From Candidatus Hermodarchaeum yapensis (GTDB lineage: Archaea > Asgardarchaeota > Hermodarchaeia > Hermodarchaeales > Hermodarchaeaceae): DNA of 27,165 nt. Numbering within the stretch: position 1 is the stretch's first letter; each line of letters starts with the position of its first letter. Of the stretch, positions 1-7,639 are shown in pieces. The DNA lies in contig JAEOSK010000037.1 of assembly GCA_016840405.1 (NCBI GenBank), forward strand, positions 1 to 27,165, written 5' to 3'. The position numbers and the translations under genes are program-made. The notes below the pieces were generated by a model. It saw nothing but the letters and a program-made list of their open reading frames with translations. It ran no database searches and had not been told where the DNA came from.

Positions 1-840
1 GCCATTGACCTCAAATATATCCAAGTCCTCATGGACTTCCGTGAACCTCCCAAAGAAGGCGTCACCGTCGGTTTCGTCTCAGGAGGAGTCCGCAACGAAG
101 AACAAGTCGAACTCCTCCACAAAATGCGCGAACGTTCAAAAATCCTTGTCGCCTTCGGAGCCTGCTCTGCCTTCGGTGGTATACCCGGGCTCGCCAACCT
201 TCACACAAAAGACGAACTCTTGCAAGAAGTCTACATCGATACAGTAAGCACGGTCAACCCAAAAGGTGTGATTCCCCACAAAGTCGTTCCCCCGCTTCTT
301 GAAGAAGTTCACCCTATCAGCGACTTTGTCAAAGTTGACTATGTTCTTCCAGGCTGCCCGCCACCACCCAAACTCATCGCTGAACTCGTCACCTGTCTCC
401 TCGAAGGCAAGGAATTCCGCCTCGAACCCAAAACCGTCTGCGACCAATGTCCTCTCATCAAAGATGAAAAAAGCGTCACCAACTTCATCCGTTGGGGTAC
501 TAAGAAAATCGACCCCGAACGCTGCCTCCTTGAACAAGGCTTCCAATGCCTCGGTCCCGTCACTCAAGGGGGCTGTGAAGCCCGCTGCCCAACCGCCCTT
601 GCACCTTGCCGAGGCTGCTTTGGACCTACCGAAAATGTCCATGACCAGGCCGCTAAAATGATAGGCGCCATCGGTTCCGTTGTCGTCCAAGACCCTACCA
701 AAGCCCCTGCACCTGAACAAATCGTGAAGGAAATTCCCGACCTCATCGGCACATACCTCCGATTCAGTTTAGCCGCATCTACCTTCAAAAAAGCGCTTCA
801 CACAAACGTTGTAAAAACGAAAAAGGGTGTAAAAGCATGA
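1..840 (+). CDS. mvhG: [NiFe]-hydrogenase small subunit (F420-non-reducing, MvhG-like), 5'-truncated by window edge
   Basis: Frame is open from base 1 (AIDLKYIQVLMD...). Motifs AFGACSAFGGIPGLAN, LPGCPPP, CDQC, CLLEQGFQCLGPVTQGGCEARCP and PCRGCFGP. The stop overlaps the mvhA start (ATGA). Confidence 0.9.
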   Translation, partial: AIDLKYIQVLMDFREPPKEGVTVGFVSGGVRNEEQVELLHKMRERSKILVAFGACSAFGGIPGLANLHTKDELLQEVYIDTVSTVNPKGVIPHKVVPPLLEEVHPISDFVKVDYVLPGCPPPPKLIAELVTCLLEGKEFRLEPKTVCDQCPLIKDEKSVTNFIRWGTKKIDPERCLLEQGFQCLGPVTQGGCEARCPTALAPCRGCFGPTENVHDQAAKMIGAIGSVVVQDPTKAPAPEQIVKEIPDLIGTYLRFSLAASTFKKALHTNVVKTKKGVKA

Positions 841-2261
841 GTCAAAAAGGAAAAACTATTAAAATCGCTCCCGTCTCCCGCGTCGAGGGACACGGAGCCG
901 TTACCATTCAACTCGACCAACAAGGCAACGTCGCCGATGCCCACTTCCACGTTATGGACGTACGCGGCTTCGAGATGTTTATGCAAAACCGTCCCGTAGA
1001 AGAAGCCCAACGCATCGCCACTCGCATGTGCGGCATCTGCCCCGTCAGCCACCACCTCGCCTCCGCCCACGCCGCAGACGCTTTATACGGTGTCGATCCT
1101 CCACGGACCGCCAAAATGCTCCGTGAACTCATGCACCACGGACAAATGATCCACTCCCATACTCTCCATTTCTTCTATCTCGCCGCACCTGACCTCCTTC
1201 TACCTAATACAGGTCCCGAAGAACGCCATGTTGTCACTCTTCTCAAAAAAAATCCCGACCTCGTCGGTAAAATCATCCGCCTGCGCCAAGTCGGCCAAAA
1301 CCTCATCGAAGCCACTGGCGGGCGTGCCATCCACCCCGTCACAGCACAACCCGGCGGCATCTCCCAACCACTCAGCGAAGAAAAACGTGACGACCTCCTG
1401 AAACAAGTCAACGAAGCCCAATCCCTCGCCACCGAACTCCTCCCCGTCGTCCGGCCTCTCCTCGACAAAGTCGAACTTCTCGACGAACTCCAAACCGGCT
1501 ACCTCGGTCTCGTCACTCCCAAAGGCGAACTCGAAGTCTACCAAGGCAATCTTCGCATGATCGACTCCACCGGCAAAAAACTCGCTGAATTTCCCGTCAA
1601 AGACTATCTCAAATACATCGGTGAACACGTCACTGACTACTCCTACCTCAAATTCCCCTTCTACCGCCCCTGGGGCTGGCCCAAAGGCATCTACCGCGTC
1701 GGACCCCTCGGCCGCATCAACGTCGCCGACGACATGAGCACCCCCCTCGCCCGCGAAGAATACACCACCATCAAAGCCAAATTCGACAAACCCTGGAACC
1801 ACACCTTCCTCTACCACTGGGCCCGCCTCACCGAAATCCTCAACTCCGTCGAAAAAGCCCACCAACTCCTCACCGACTCCCACATCACCGACACCGACGT
1901 CACCCGCGAATTCACCATCAAAGGCGGCCAAGGCATCGGCGTCATCGAAGCCCCCCGCGGCACCCTCATCCACCACTACACCGCCAACCCCGACGGCATC
2001 CTCACCAAAGTCAACCTCATAGTCAGCACCGTCGGCAACAACGGCGGCATGGACCAAGGCGTCAAAAACATGGCCCAACGCCACATCAAACACGGCAAAA
2101 TCAACCAACAAATCGAGAACAGCATCGAAATGGTCGTGAGGGCTTATGATCCGTGTCTTTCTTGTGCAGTTCACGCTGTAAATGGACATATGGCAATGCG
2201 TGTTACAGTGAAGAATCACTTAGGTGAAACATCCCAAGTTATTCAAAATTTCGAGGAGTAA
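837..2261 (+). CDS. mvhA: [NiFe]-hydrogenase large subunit (MvhA-like, group 3c type)
   Basis: SRVEGHG N-terminus, L1 motif RMCGICPVSH, EAPRGTLIHHY, L2 motif DPCLSCAVH followed by a 28-aa C-terminal extension. Confidence 0.93.
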   Translation: MSQKGKTIKIAPVSRVEGHGAVTIQLDQQGNVADAHFHVMDVRGFEMFMQNRPVEEAQRIATRMCGICPVSHHLASAHAADALYGVDPPRTAKMLRELMHHGQMIHSHTLHFFYLAAPDLLLPNTGPEERHVVTLLKKNPDLVGKIIRLRQVGQNLIEATGGRAIHPVTAQPGGISQPLSEEKRDDLLKQVNEAQSLATELLPVVRPLLDKVELLDELQTGYLGLVTPKGELEVYQGNLRMIDSTGKKLAEFPVKDYLKYIGEHVTDYSYLKFPFYRPWGWPKGIYRVGPLGRINVADDMSTPLAREEYTTIKAKFDKPWNHTFLYHWARLTEILNSVEKAHQLLTDSHITDTDVTREFTIKGGQGIGVIEAPRGTLIHHYTANPDGILTKVNLIVSTVGNNGGMDQGVKNMAQRHIKHGKINQQIENSIEMVVRAYDPCLSCAVHAVNGHMAMRVTVKNHLGETSQVIQNFEE

Positions 2262-2298
2262 TTGGTTAGTGGCTGGTTCGTGTTGCGAGCCAGTCCAA

Positions 2299-3114
2299 TT
2301 ATTGGTCAGTTTGAGCCAATTGTGATTGTTGAAGAAGTAATGAATATTGGTTGAGCTTCGAATCACCGTGAATCAACGATTGAAAGTTTGAAATCACTGT
2401 GTGGTTGATTTCTTTTATGTTGGTTTTTCGTAGTTTCGCAATGTGTGCAATTATGGGTTGTAGTTTTGTGTAGGGCATTTGTCGTGGGGGTGGTCCTGGA
2501 CCGTCAGTTTCTGTGAGCAACAGGTCTTGGGGAACTTCTTGGGCAATTGTTTGGATGCGTTTCCAATGCGGTATGGTGGTCTCCCATTGGGGAAGAACTG
2601 ATTGGCTGACAGTGATATAGAAACCGCGATCAACTACTTTGGCTAATAATTCGATGGGCCCCTCATAACCATGCATTATCACGCGAGTAATTCCGTATGC
2701 ATCGAGCAGGGTGATGGTCTCTTCATCAGCTCCCTTAGTGTGTAGGTTAACAATTAGATTGTGGGTTTTCGCTTTGTTTAAGAAGAATTCGAATAGTTGC
2801 CGTTGCACAGGATATTGAGAGGTGTCTTTAATGAAGAAGTGATCTAATCCAATCTCCCCTAACATCAGACAATTGATAATTAAATCGGTGAACTGATCGA
2901 GCTGGTTTACATACTCTGCTGCTCGGGATGGATGAATGCCAAATGCGGGAATTATGTAAGGTGACCGTTTTGCAATTTCCAGCGTTTTCTGATAGGCTGA
3001 CGGTTCACCGGACACCGAGACTACCAGTATTGGATGCACATTTAATTCGGCTAAGGCTGATTCTAAATCATCTTCATAAAAACTCCAATGACAGTGTGCA
3101 TCCAGACTTACCAA
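2299..3114 (-). CDS. tatD: TatD-family metal-dependent DNase/hydrolase
   Basis: DAHCH, FGIHP, GEIGLD, NLHT, MHG and LTETDGP motifs. Start placed at TTG 3114 after an AGGTG SD rather than the ORF-track 3180. Confidence 0.88.
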   Translation of the reverse strand: MVSLDAHCHWSFYEDDLESALAELNVHPILVVSVSGEPSAYQKTLEIAKRSPYIIPAFGIHPSRAAEYVNQLDQFTDLIINCLMLGEIGLDHFFIKDTSQYPVQRQLFEFFLNKAKTHNLIVNLHTKGADEETITLLDAYGITRVIMHGYEGPIELLAKVVDRGFYITVSQSVLPQWETTIPHWKRIQTIAQEVPQDLLLTETDGPGPPPRQMPYTKLQPIIAHIAKLRKTNIKEINHTVISNFQSLIHGDSKLNQYSLLLQQSQLAQTDQ

Positions 3115-3243
3115 GTCAACACCTGATATGAAAAAAGAATATTGAGCTATAAATAGCAAGAATAGAAACTCATTCACCATTCAATTTAATACCCTTTATA
3201 AGAGAATCCTTCCAAAGTAATGAGCACGGGTGTGGTGACTACT

Positions 3244-3387
3244 ATGACAGTTTTTTGCAATGATTATCGCACCCTATCGTCTTTTCGTTTAAGGCATTCG
3301 TTATCTTCAGAATGTCCCACTAAAAATGCTGAAGTGAATTCTGCTATTGAAGCTTATACCCACAGTTATCGAACGAAGGCTTCCTAG
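3244..3387 (+). other. Possible 47-aa small ORF or 5' stub of a gene divergent from tatD
   Basis: CTTTATAAG TATA-like box ~3194-3202, GGTGA SD ~3234, ATG 3244, MTVFCNDYRTLSS...RTKAS*. No recognisable family. Confidence 0.25.
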
Positions 3388-3402
3388 GTTTGAAAGTCGG
3401 CT

Positions 3403-3513
3403 TGCCTCTAGTGTGCTTTGCACGCTATTAGCGAATATATGGCGATGCGGGTTAAGGTGTTCAATCATCTTGGTGAAGTTATTCAGGTGATCCAGAACTT
3501 TGAAGATCAATAG
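3403..3513 (+). pseudogene. Diverged orphan copy of mvhA 3' end (copy 2)
   Basis: Translates CL*CALHAISEYMAMRVKVFNHLGEVIQVIQNFEDQ* versus mvhA CLSCAVHAVNGHMAMRVTVKNHLGETSQVIQNFEE*. Hand count ~70/108 nt and 24/35 aa identical. Confidence 0.92.
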
Positions 3514-3615
3514 ATTGGTTTTTGTTCTAGGCGGAGAGTCAGTTTTCTCTGGGATGTCGTTAGAGTTGGTTGGCATATTCATTTAAGATGGGCTTCGTAG
3601 TAGATTGTGGGCTAG

Positions 3616-4116
3616 GTGGCGGTTGTGCAGGTTGAGTTGGTTGCGTATGCGTCGATGGTTGTTGCTTCAATTGGTTTAGTGGGGGCGGTGATTTATTACA
3701 TCAATGATCACCGGAATCAAGCCCGGATGCGGAAAACGGATCTGATTATGCGGTTGTATGCAACGTTCATGTCAAAGGAATTCCAGGAAGCCGATGTCAA
3801 AGTCATCATGCTTGATGTCAAAGATTATGCGGAGTATCAAAACAAGTATGGTCCGTATCCCAGTGAGCACCCAATGCATATTGCGTTCCGTTCGGTTGCC
3901 GCGTTTTTCGAAGCTGTGGGAATATTGTTAAAGAAAGGCCTCATCGAGATTGATCTTGTCTATGAAATTTTTTTTGTAAAACAACGTTGGGAGAAACTCT
4001 GGCCCATAATCCGCGATTTGCGCAAAGAGTTTGACTTTCCCGGATATATGGACAAATTCGAATATCTCTATCATGAAACAGAAAAATACGGACGCAACTT
4101 AGTGGTGAACGGTTAA
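3616..4116 (+). CDS. Membrane-anchored hypothetical protein, DUF4760-like
   Basis: N-terminal TM helix, then RKTDLIMRLY...FFEAVGILLKKGLIEIDLVYE, a pattern typical of DUF4760-like proteins. Confidence 0.7.
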   Translation: MAVVQVELVAYASMVVASIGLVGAVIYYINDHRNQARMRKTDLIMRLYATFMSKEFQEADVKVIMLDVKDYAEYQNKYGPYPSEHPMHIAFRSVAAFFEAVGILLKKGLIEIDLVYEIFFVKQRWEKLWPIIRDLRKEFDFPGYMDKFEYLYHETEKYGRNLVVNG

Positions 4117-4214
4117 TCTGCTGTGCATGCAGTAACGGGCATATGGCAATGTGTGTCAAGGTGTTGAATCATTTGGGTGAGACGACGCAAGTGATTCAGA
4201 ATTTTGAGGGTTGA
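4117..4214 (+). pseudogene. Diverged orphan copy of mvhA 3' end (copy 3)
   Basis: SAVHAV[-1 frameshift]GHMAMCVKVLNHLGETTQVIQNFEG*. Hand count ~73/99 nt identical to 2163-2261. Confidence 0.93.
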
Positions 4215-4219
4215 TGGGA

Positions 4220-4927
4220 TTATGCGACGGGTCCCATGAGCCAAATCCATGCAGCGAAGAGGATGTGTTCGGTTTCGTCGATGATGATTTGTTGGCATTC
4301 AAGTTGCGAGCCCGCACATAGGGGGCCGCAATAGTAGGTGAAAGAAAGTTGCATGTCGATGAGGTATACGTTGGTGTAATTGAATGACTGCTCCTGATTG
4401 AAATCTTCGTAATGGGTGTCATTCCAGAATCCGCCCAGCCAGTAATAGATAGGCCAATCAGGGAGATTGATGGGAAAGAGAATTGATTCGTTGGCTTTGA
4501 TGAGGAGGGGGTTCTGTTCTGGATAGTATTCCCACGCATCGATGTTCACGGTGAGATTGGCATACCAATTTGCACTGGCTGTGTAATTATACCGGAAATA
4601 ACCACAATTTGCATAGGGATCGAATTCGTATGCCGTGATATTTAGGGCGTCACGCCGTGTTTGAGTGATGAATCCTGAGTGTTCAAGATAACTAGTGTTT
4701 GCGGGGATCTGGGTGTAGTTGAAGGTTTCAGCCTGGTGTAGGGCGTTTGCTTCCTCTGGCGTATTAAAGATGCGGTGTTCAAAGTAAGTGAATTCCGCAG
4801 GATAAAATCCACAATTACGCCCAAACCCCAGGTAAATAACAAACCATCCTAAACCGATAATGAGAATGAGGGTTGGGACTATAACCCAAATCCAGGCTCT
4901 TGTCCTTTTCTTCATTTCCATTCCCAA
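4220..4927 (-). CDS. Membrane-anchored extracellular hypothetical protein
   Basis: Basic N-terminus plus TM helix, several N-x-S/T sequons, YYCGPLCAG motif near the C-terminus. Confidence 0.75.
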   Translation of the reverse strand: MGMEMKKRTRAWIWVIVPTLILIIGLGWFVIYLGFGRNCGFYPAEFTYFEHRIFNTPEEANALHQAETFNYTQIPANTSYLEHSGFITQTRRDALNITAYEFDPYANCGYFRYNYTASANWYANLTVNIDAWEYYPEQNPLLIKANESILFPINLPDWPIYYWLGGFWNDTHYEDFNQEQSFNYTNVYLIDMQLSFTYYCGPLCAGSQLECQQIIIDETEHILFAAWIWLMGPVA

Positions 4928-4986
4928 TTAACATCCAACTTCGAATTGAATATTAAGCGTTTCTATAGAGACTGTTATACGGAGCA

Positions 4987-5024
4987 TTTCTTCTTACGCT
5001 GTGCATGCCGTTTACGGGCATAGG
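4987..5024 (+). pseudogene. Short orphan copy of mvhA 3' end (copy 4)
   Basis: tct tac gct gtg cat gcc gtt tac ggg cat = SYAVHAVYGH versus SCAVHAVNGH. Closely matches copy 3 (gctgtgcatgc.gt..acgggcata). Confidence 0.75.
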
Positions 5025-5026
5025 TA

Positions 5027-5683
5027 TCAAGTTCTGAGTTTTTCCCATTGGGCTGTGACTATAATGATTACTACAATTGTAACGACTGCAAATGGAAGTA
5101 AGATTGAAATTGGTAAGAGGTTGGGCATGATTATTGGGAATAGAGTGAGTATGGCTGGGCTCGTTGTATAGGTTACTGCAGGAGAGAATCCTGTCAGAGT
5201 TTGCACTTCGAACACTATCGTGAAGATGTATGTGATATTGGTGGGTGCTGGGTTCTCAACGCGGAGCCAGAAGTTGGTAACAAAAGTATGGTTCCAAAAT
5301 TCTCCTTCTTGTAGGCTTTCATCTAGGTAATCTTCTTGACCATGAGACCAGCCCTGTCCTTGCAGTTTTGCGGAATATTCAGTGATATGAACACTTGTCG
5401 CATTATGAGGTGATGTTTGATTCAAACTGATGACGTGAACCTGTAAAGAAGAAAAATACGAGGTATTCATGACAATGTTAGGTTCACCCTGGGCAGTAAT
5501 TTCTAATGTTGCTCCATATTCCGTCACGGTGTCGTTAATCAACCATGGAGTTGCCGTCGTCGTCTTGTTCAAGCAGGTTGCAAGTAGAAAAAGGATGAGT
5601 ATAGCAGCTGATCTTATTGCGTAATGTATCCATCTAGATTGATTGTGATATTTTTTGTGTTGCATTGCTACAGGCCTATGCAA
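5027..5683 (-). CDS. Secreted/membrane-anchored hypothetical protein
   Basis: Signal-like hydrophobic N-terminal segment, Thr/Asn-rich body with sequons, C-terminal TM helix. Start codon uncertain. Confidence 0.7.
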   Translation of the reverse strand: MHRPVAMQHKKYHNQSRWIHYAIRSAAILILFLLATCLNKTTTATPWLINDTVTEYGATLEITAQGEPNIVMNTSYFSSLQVHVISLNQTSPHNATSVHITEYSAKLQGQGWSHGQEDYLDESLQEGEFWNHTFVTNFWLRVENPAPTNITYIFTIVFEVQTLTGFSPAVTYTTSPAILTLFPIIMPNLLPISILLPFAVVTIVVIIIVTAQWEKLRT

Positions 5684-5930
5684 TCAATTTTATGATGGAA
5701 GATGTTGAAGCTACCTGTTGCTTCCCTCCACCACGTTTACTAAGAAACTTCGCAATTTTAAATGTAGAGAATACGTACTGGTTCAGCAACGTTTACCGTA
5801 TTTGATTCAAAATATCAGGCAAATGGTTTTGTGGATTCTTGTTCTCAAAGTTTTTTAGACTGAAACTCTACGAACCTCATAAGACCCATATGGGTTGACA
5901 CTATTCTCAAATCAGTTGATGTGAAAAACT

Positions 5931-6203
5931 ATGTCAAACGAAACTGCAGGCACTTTAGCCTTGGTTGGTGGAATTCTCAACCTTATTGGTGGAATCATCA
6001 TTGCCATTATCTTCCTTTTCACGATCATTCTCATTCCTCTAGGAATTCTGGCATTGCTTCTCGGTATCCTGCCAATTATGTGGCGTGATGACCCCGGCTC
6101 TCATCGGGTCGGGTTAATCATCATTGGAGTGTTTACCCTGTTTTCCATTGGTGGTATTCTCATCCTCATTGCAGGGATCATTGCCGAAGAAGAAAAAGCC
6201 TAA
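5931..6203 (+). CDS. Small multi-pass membrane protein
   Basis: 90 aa, about three hydrophobic Gly/Ile/Leu-rich helices. Confidence 0.75.
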   Translation: MSNETAGTLALVGGILNLIGGIIIAIIFLFTIILIPLGILALLLGILPIMWRDDPGSHRVGLIIIGVFTLFSIGGILILIAGIIAEEEKA

Positions 6204-6242
6204 TCCACCACGAAACTAGCGCAATATCTAGTAACTCTACGC

Positions 6243-6290
6243 ACTCCTCCTCTCCAAATTCAAAAGTGGATTGCTGAGTAGAGGAGGAGT
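6243..6290. terminator. Inverted repeat between convergent genes (possible bidirectional terminator)
   Basis: ACTCCTCCTCT (6243-6253) and AGAGGAGGAGT (6280-6290) form a perfect 11-bp stem. Confidence 0.55.
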
Positions 6291-6332
6291 CTTATTTCTC
6301 ATATAATTGATGATTCAACGTACTTCGTGTAT

Positions 6333-6962
6333 CTACTCTTCAAGTTTGGTTTTGACCCGTTTTTTTCGTTGATAGGTTTGATACCGTTTGAGGAAAAAGG
6401 CACTAATTGCGACAATGAAGAGGGCGTTCAAGATGACAAGGATGCCTAAATTATGGAAGTCTGTGCCGATGAGGTTGCCGTGAACGATTACGAAAAAGAG
6501 TACAATGTACATGAGCCAGTGGAAGTATCGCCAGTACCTGCTAATCATTGTTCGGAGGAGACCAGCGATTGTGGCGATGTAGAGGATGTACAATGCTGGG
6601 CGACCCGCAAGTTCCCAAAAAATCTGCCAAGAATCAAACCGGGGGATGAAGACAGCTATGTTGCTCTGTGAGATAGCAAAAAAGACTGGATGTAACGTGA
6701 CAAAGATAATCCCAAAAACGGCTAGAATGTGATGGACCCGGATGAAAGGGCGACCAAAGGCTTGCGTAATTTCCTTCAGAAAAGGTGTCATCGTCGTTGC
6801 AAAGGCCAAAGCCACAAATCCGTACAATGCACAGAGACGGACTGCTAAACCGAGTGGATCAGAATAATAGGTGAGAGGCGCAAGAACCGTAACCAGAATA
6901 AAAACTAGGAACACGACAAGAAGGAAAATCCAACCTTCACGTTTAATTCCCATATTATTCAC
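6333..6962 (-). CDS. Ferric reductase-like transmembrane domain protein (cytochrome b type)
   Basis: About six TM helices with paired His (RVHH...LHP; WRYFHWLMY...VHG). Confidence 0.8.
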   Translation of the reverse strand: MNNMGIKREGWIFLLVVFLVFILVTVLAPLTYYSDPLGLAVRLCALYGFVALAFATTMTPFLKEITQAFGRPFIRVHHILAVFGIIFVTLHPVFFAISQSNIAVFIPRFDSWQIFWELAGRPALYILYIATIAGLLRTMISRYWRYFHWLMYIVLFFVIVHGNLIGTDFHNLGILVILNALFIVAISAFFLKRYQTYQRKKRVKTKLEE

Positions 6963-7097
6963 CTTATCTACAAAGGGTTCCTAGGTTCTATAAAGGCGTT
7001 AATTAGAACTGAAAATATCTTTGAAGAAAGACCATTAGGCTATTTATAGTGCGGTTCCTCTTTGCTTCTCTTGAAGGGTTTCGAAAGAGGTTAAATT

Positions 7098-7622
7098 ATG
7101 AAACGGAAGTCCGTTCTGGTCCTAGCCACAATAGGCTTAATGTTCCTCTTACTCCCCACTGTTAAGGCGAATGGCTACTGGTTTCCCATGGAACTCAACC
7201 AAGTCCTGAACCGACCGATTCTCGGGCTTCAGCATTACCACATCACCAAAACCACGTCCCATGACCGAGAAAAATTCGAATTTAACTGGACCTCAGGAGT
7301 CATCGCCATCAATTTCTACATATTCACCGAAACCAACTATCTCAACTGGACCCAAGCTCAACCATCCACACCCCAAATCGCAGTCGAAGATGTCACCAAT
7401 GATGCGACCATTTTTGATACGTCAGGAACCAACCGCACGTGGGTCTTTGTCTGGCATAACCCCACCATCACCTCAACACAACTGATCGGAATGTACGAAC
7501 GATACCGGTGGATAGAAGTGGAAAGTCAAATCCCTGGATTTCCCTGGGTTGCCATTCTGCTAGGAACTTTGTGCGCCATCACCATTGGTCTCTTGGTAAG
7601 AAGGAGAACACGATTCGAGTAA
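7098..7622 (+). CDS. Surface protein with PGF-CTERM/Loki-CTERM-like sorting signal
   Basis: Signal peptide ending VKA; C-terminus IPGFP + TM helix + RRRTR. Confidence 0.8.
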   Translation: MKRKSVLVLATIGLMFLLLPTVKANGYWFPMELNQVLNRPILGLQHYHITKTTSHDREKFEFNWTSGVIAINFYIFTETNYLNWTQAQPSTPQIAVEDVTNDATIFDTSGTNRTWVFVWHNPTITSTQLIGMYERYRWIEVESQIPGFPWVAILLGTLCAITIGLLVRRRTRFE

Positions 7623-7639
7623 ATTGAAAGCGTGACTGT

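Noticed and set aside
2148-2174. Selenocysteine or split MvhU-type hydrogenase
   Set aside because: The L2 motif is encoded with TGT Cys codons in frame. The orphan copies have no start/SD and are disrupted, so they are not VhuU-like peptides.
1200-2219. 339-aa antisense ORF opposite mvhA (also 136-720 opposite mvhG)
   Set aside because: Shadow ORFs: the C/A-saturated codon usage of the sense genes removes antisense stops, and the products are low-complexity G/V/D/E sequence.
3307-3582. 91-aa minus-strand ORF (and 4113-4298)
   Set aside because: These are antisense readings of the orphan mvhA-end copies; their mutual similarity derives from the repeat.
2154-5024. CRISPR array, DGR template/variable repeats, or classical integron attC sites as an explanation for the repeats
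   Set aside because: The repeats are ~100 bp, only ~65-75% identical and gene-spaced. Differences are not adenine-specific. No cas, reverse transcriptase or integrase gene and no attC-like symmetry are visible.
5800-5820. TTGATTCAAAATATCAGG as a fifth mvhA-end remnant
   Set aside because: Only a short AT-rich match to the IQNF codons, with no flanking similarity.
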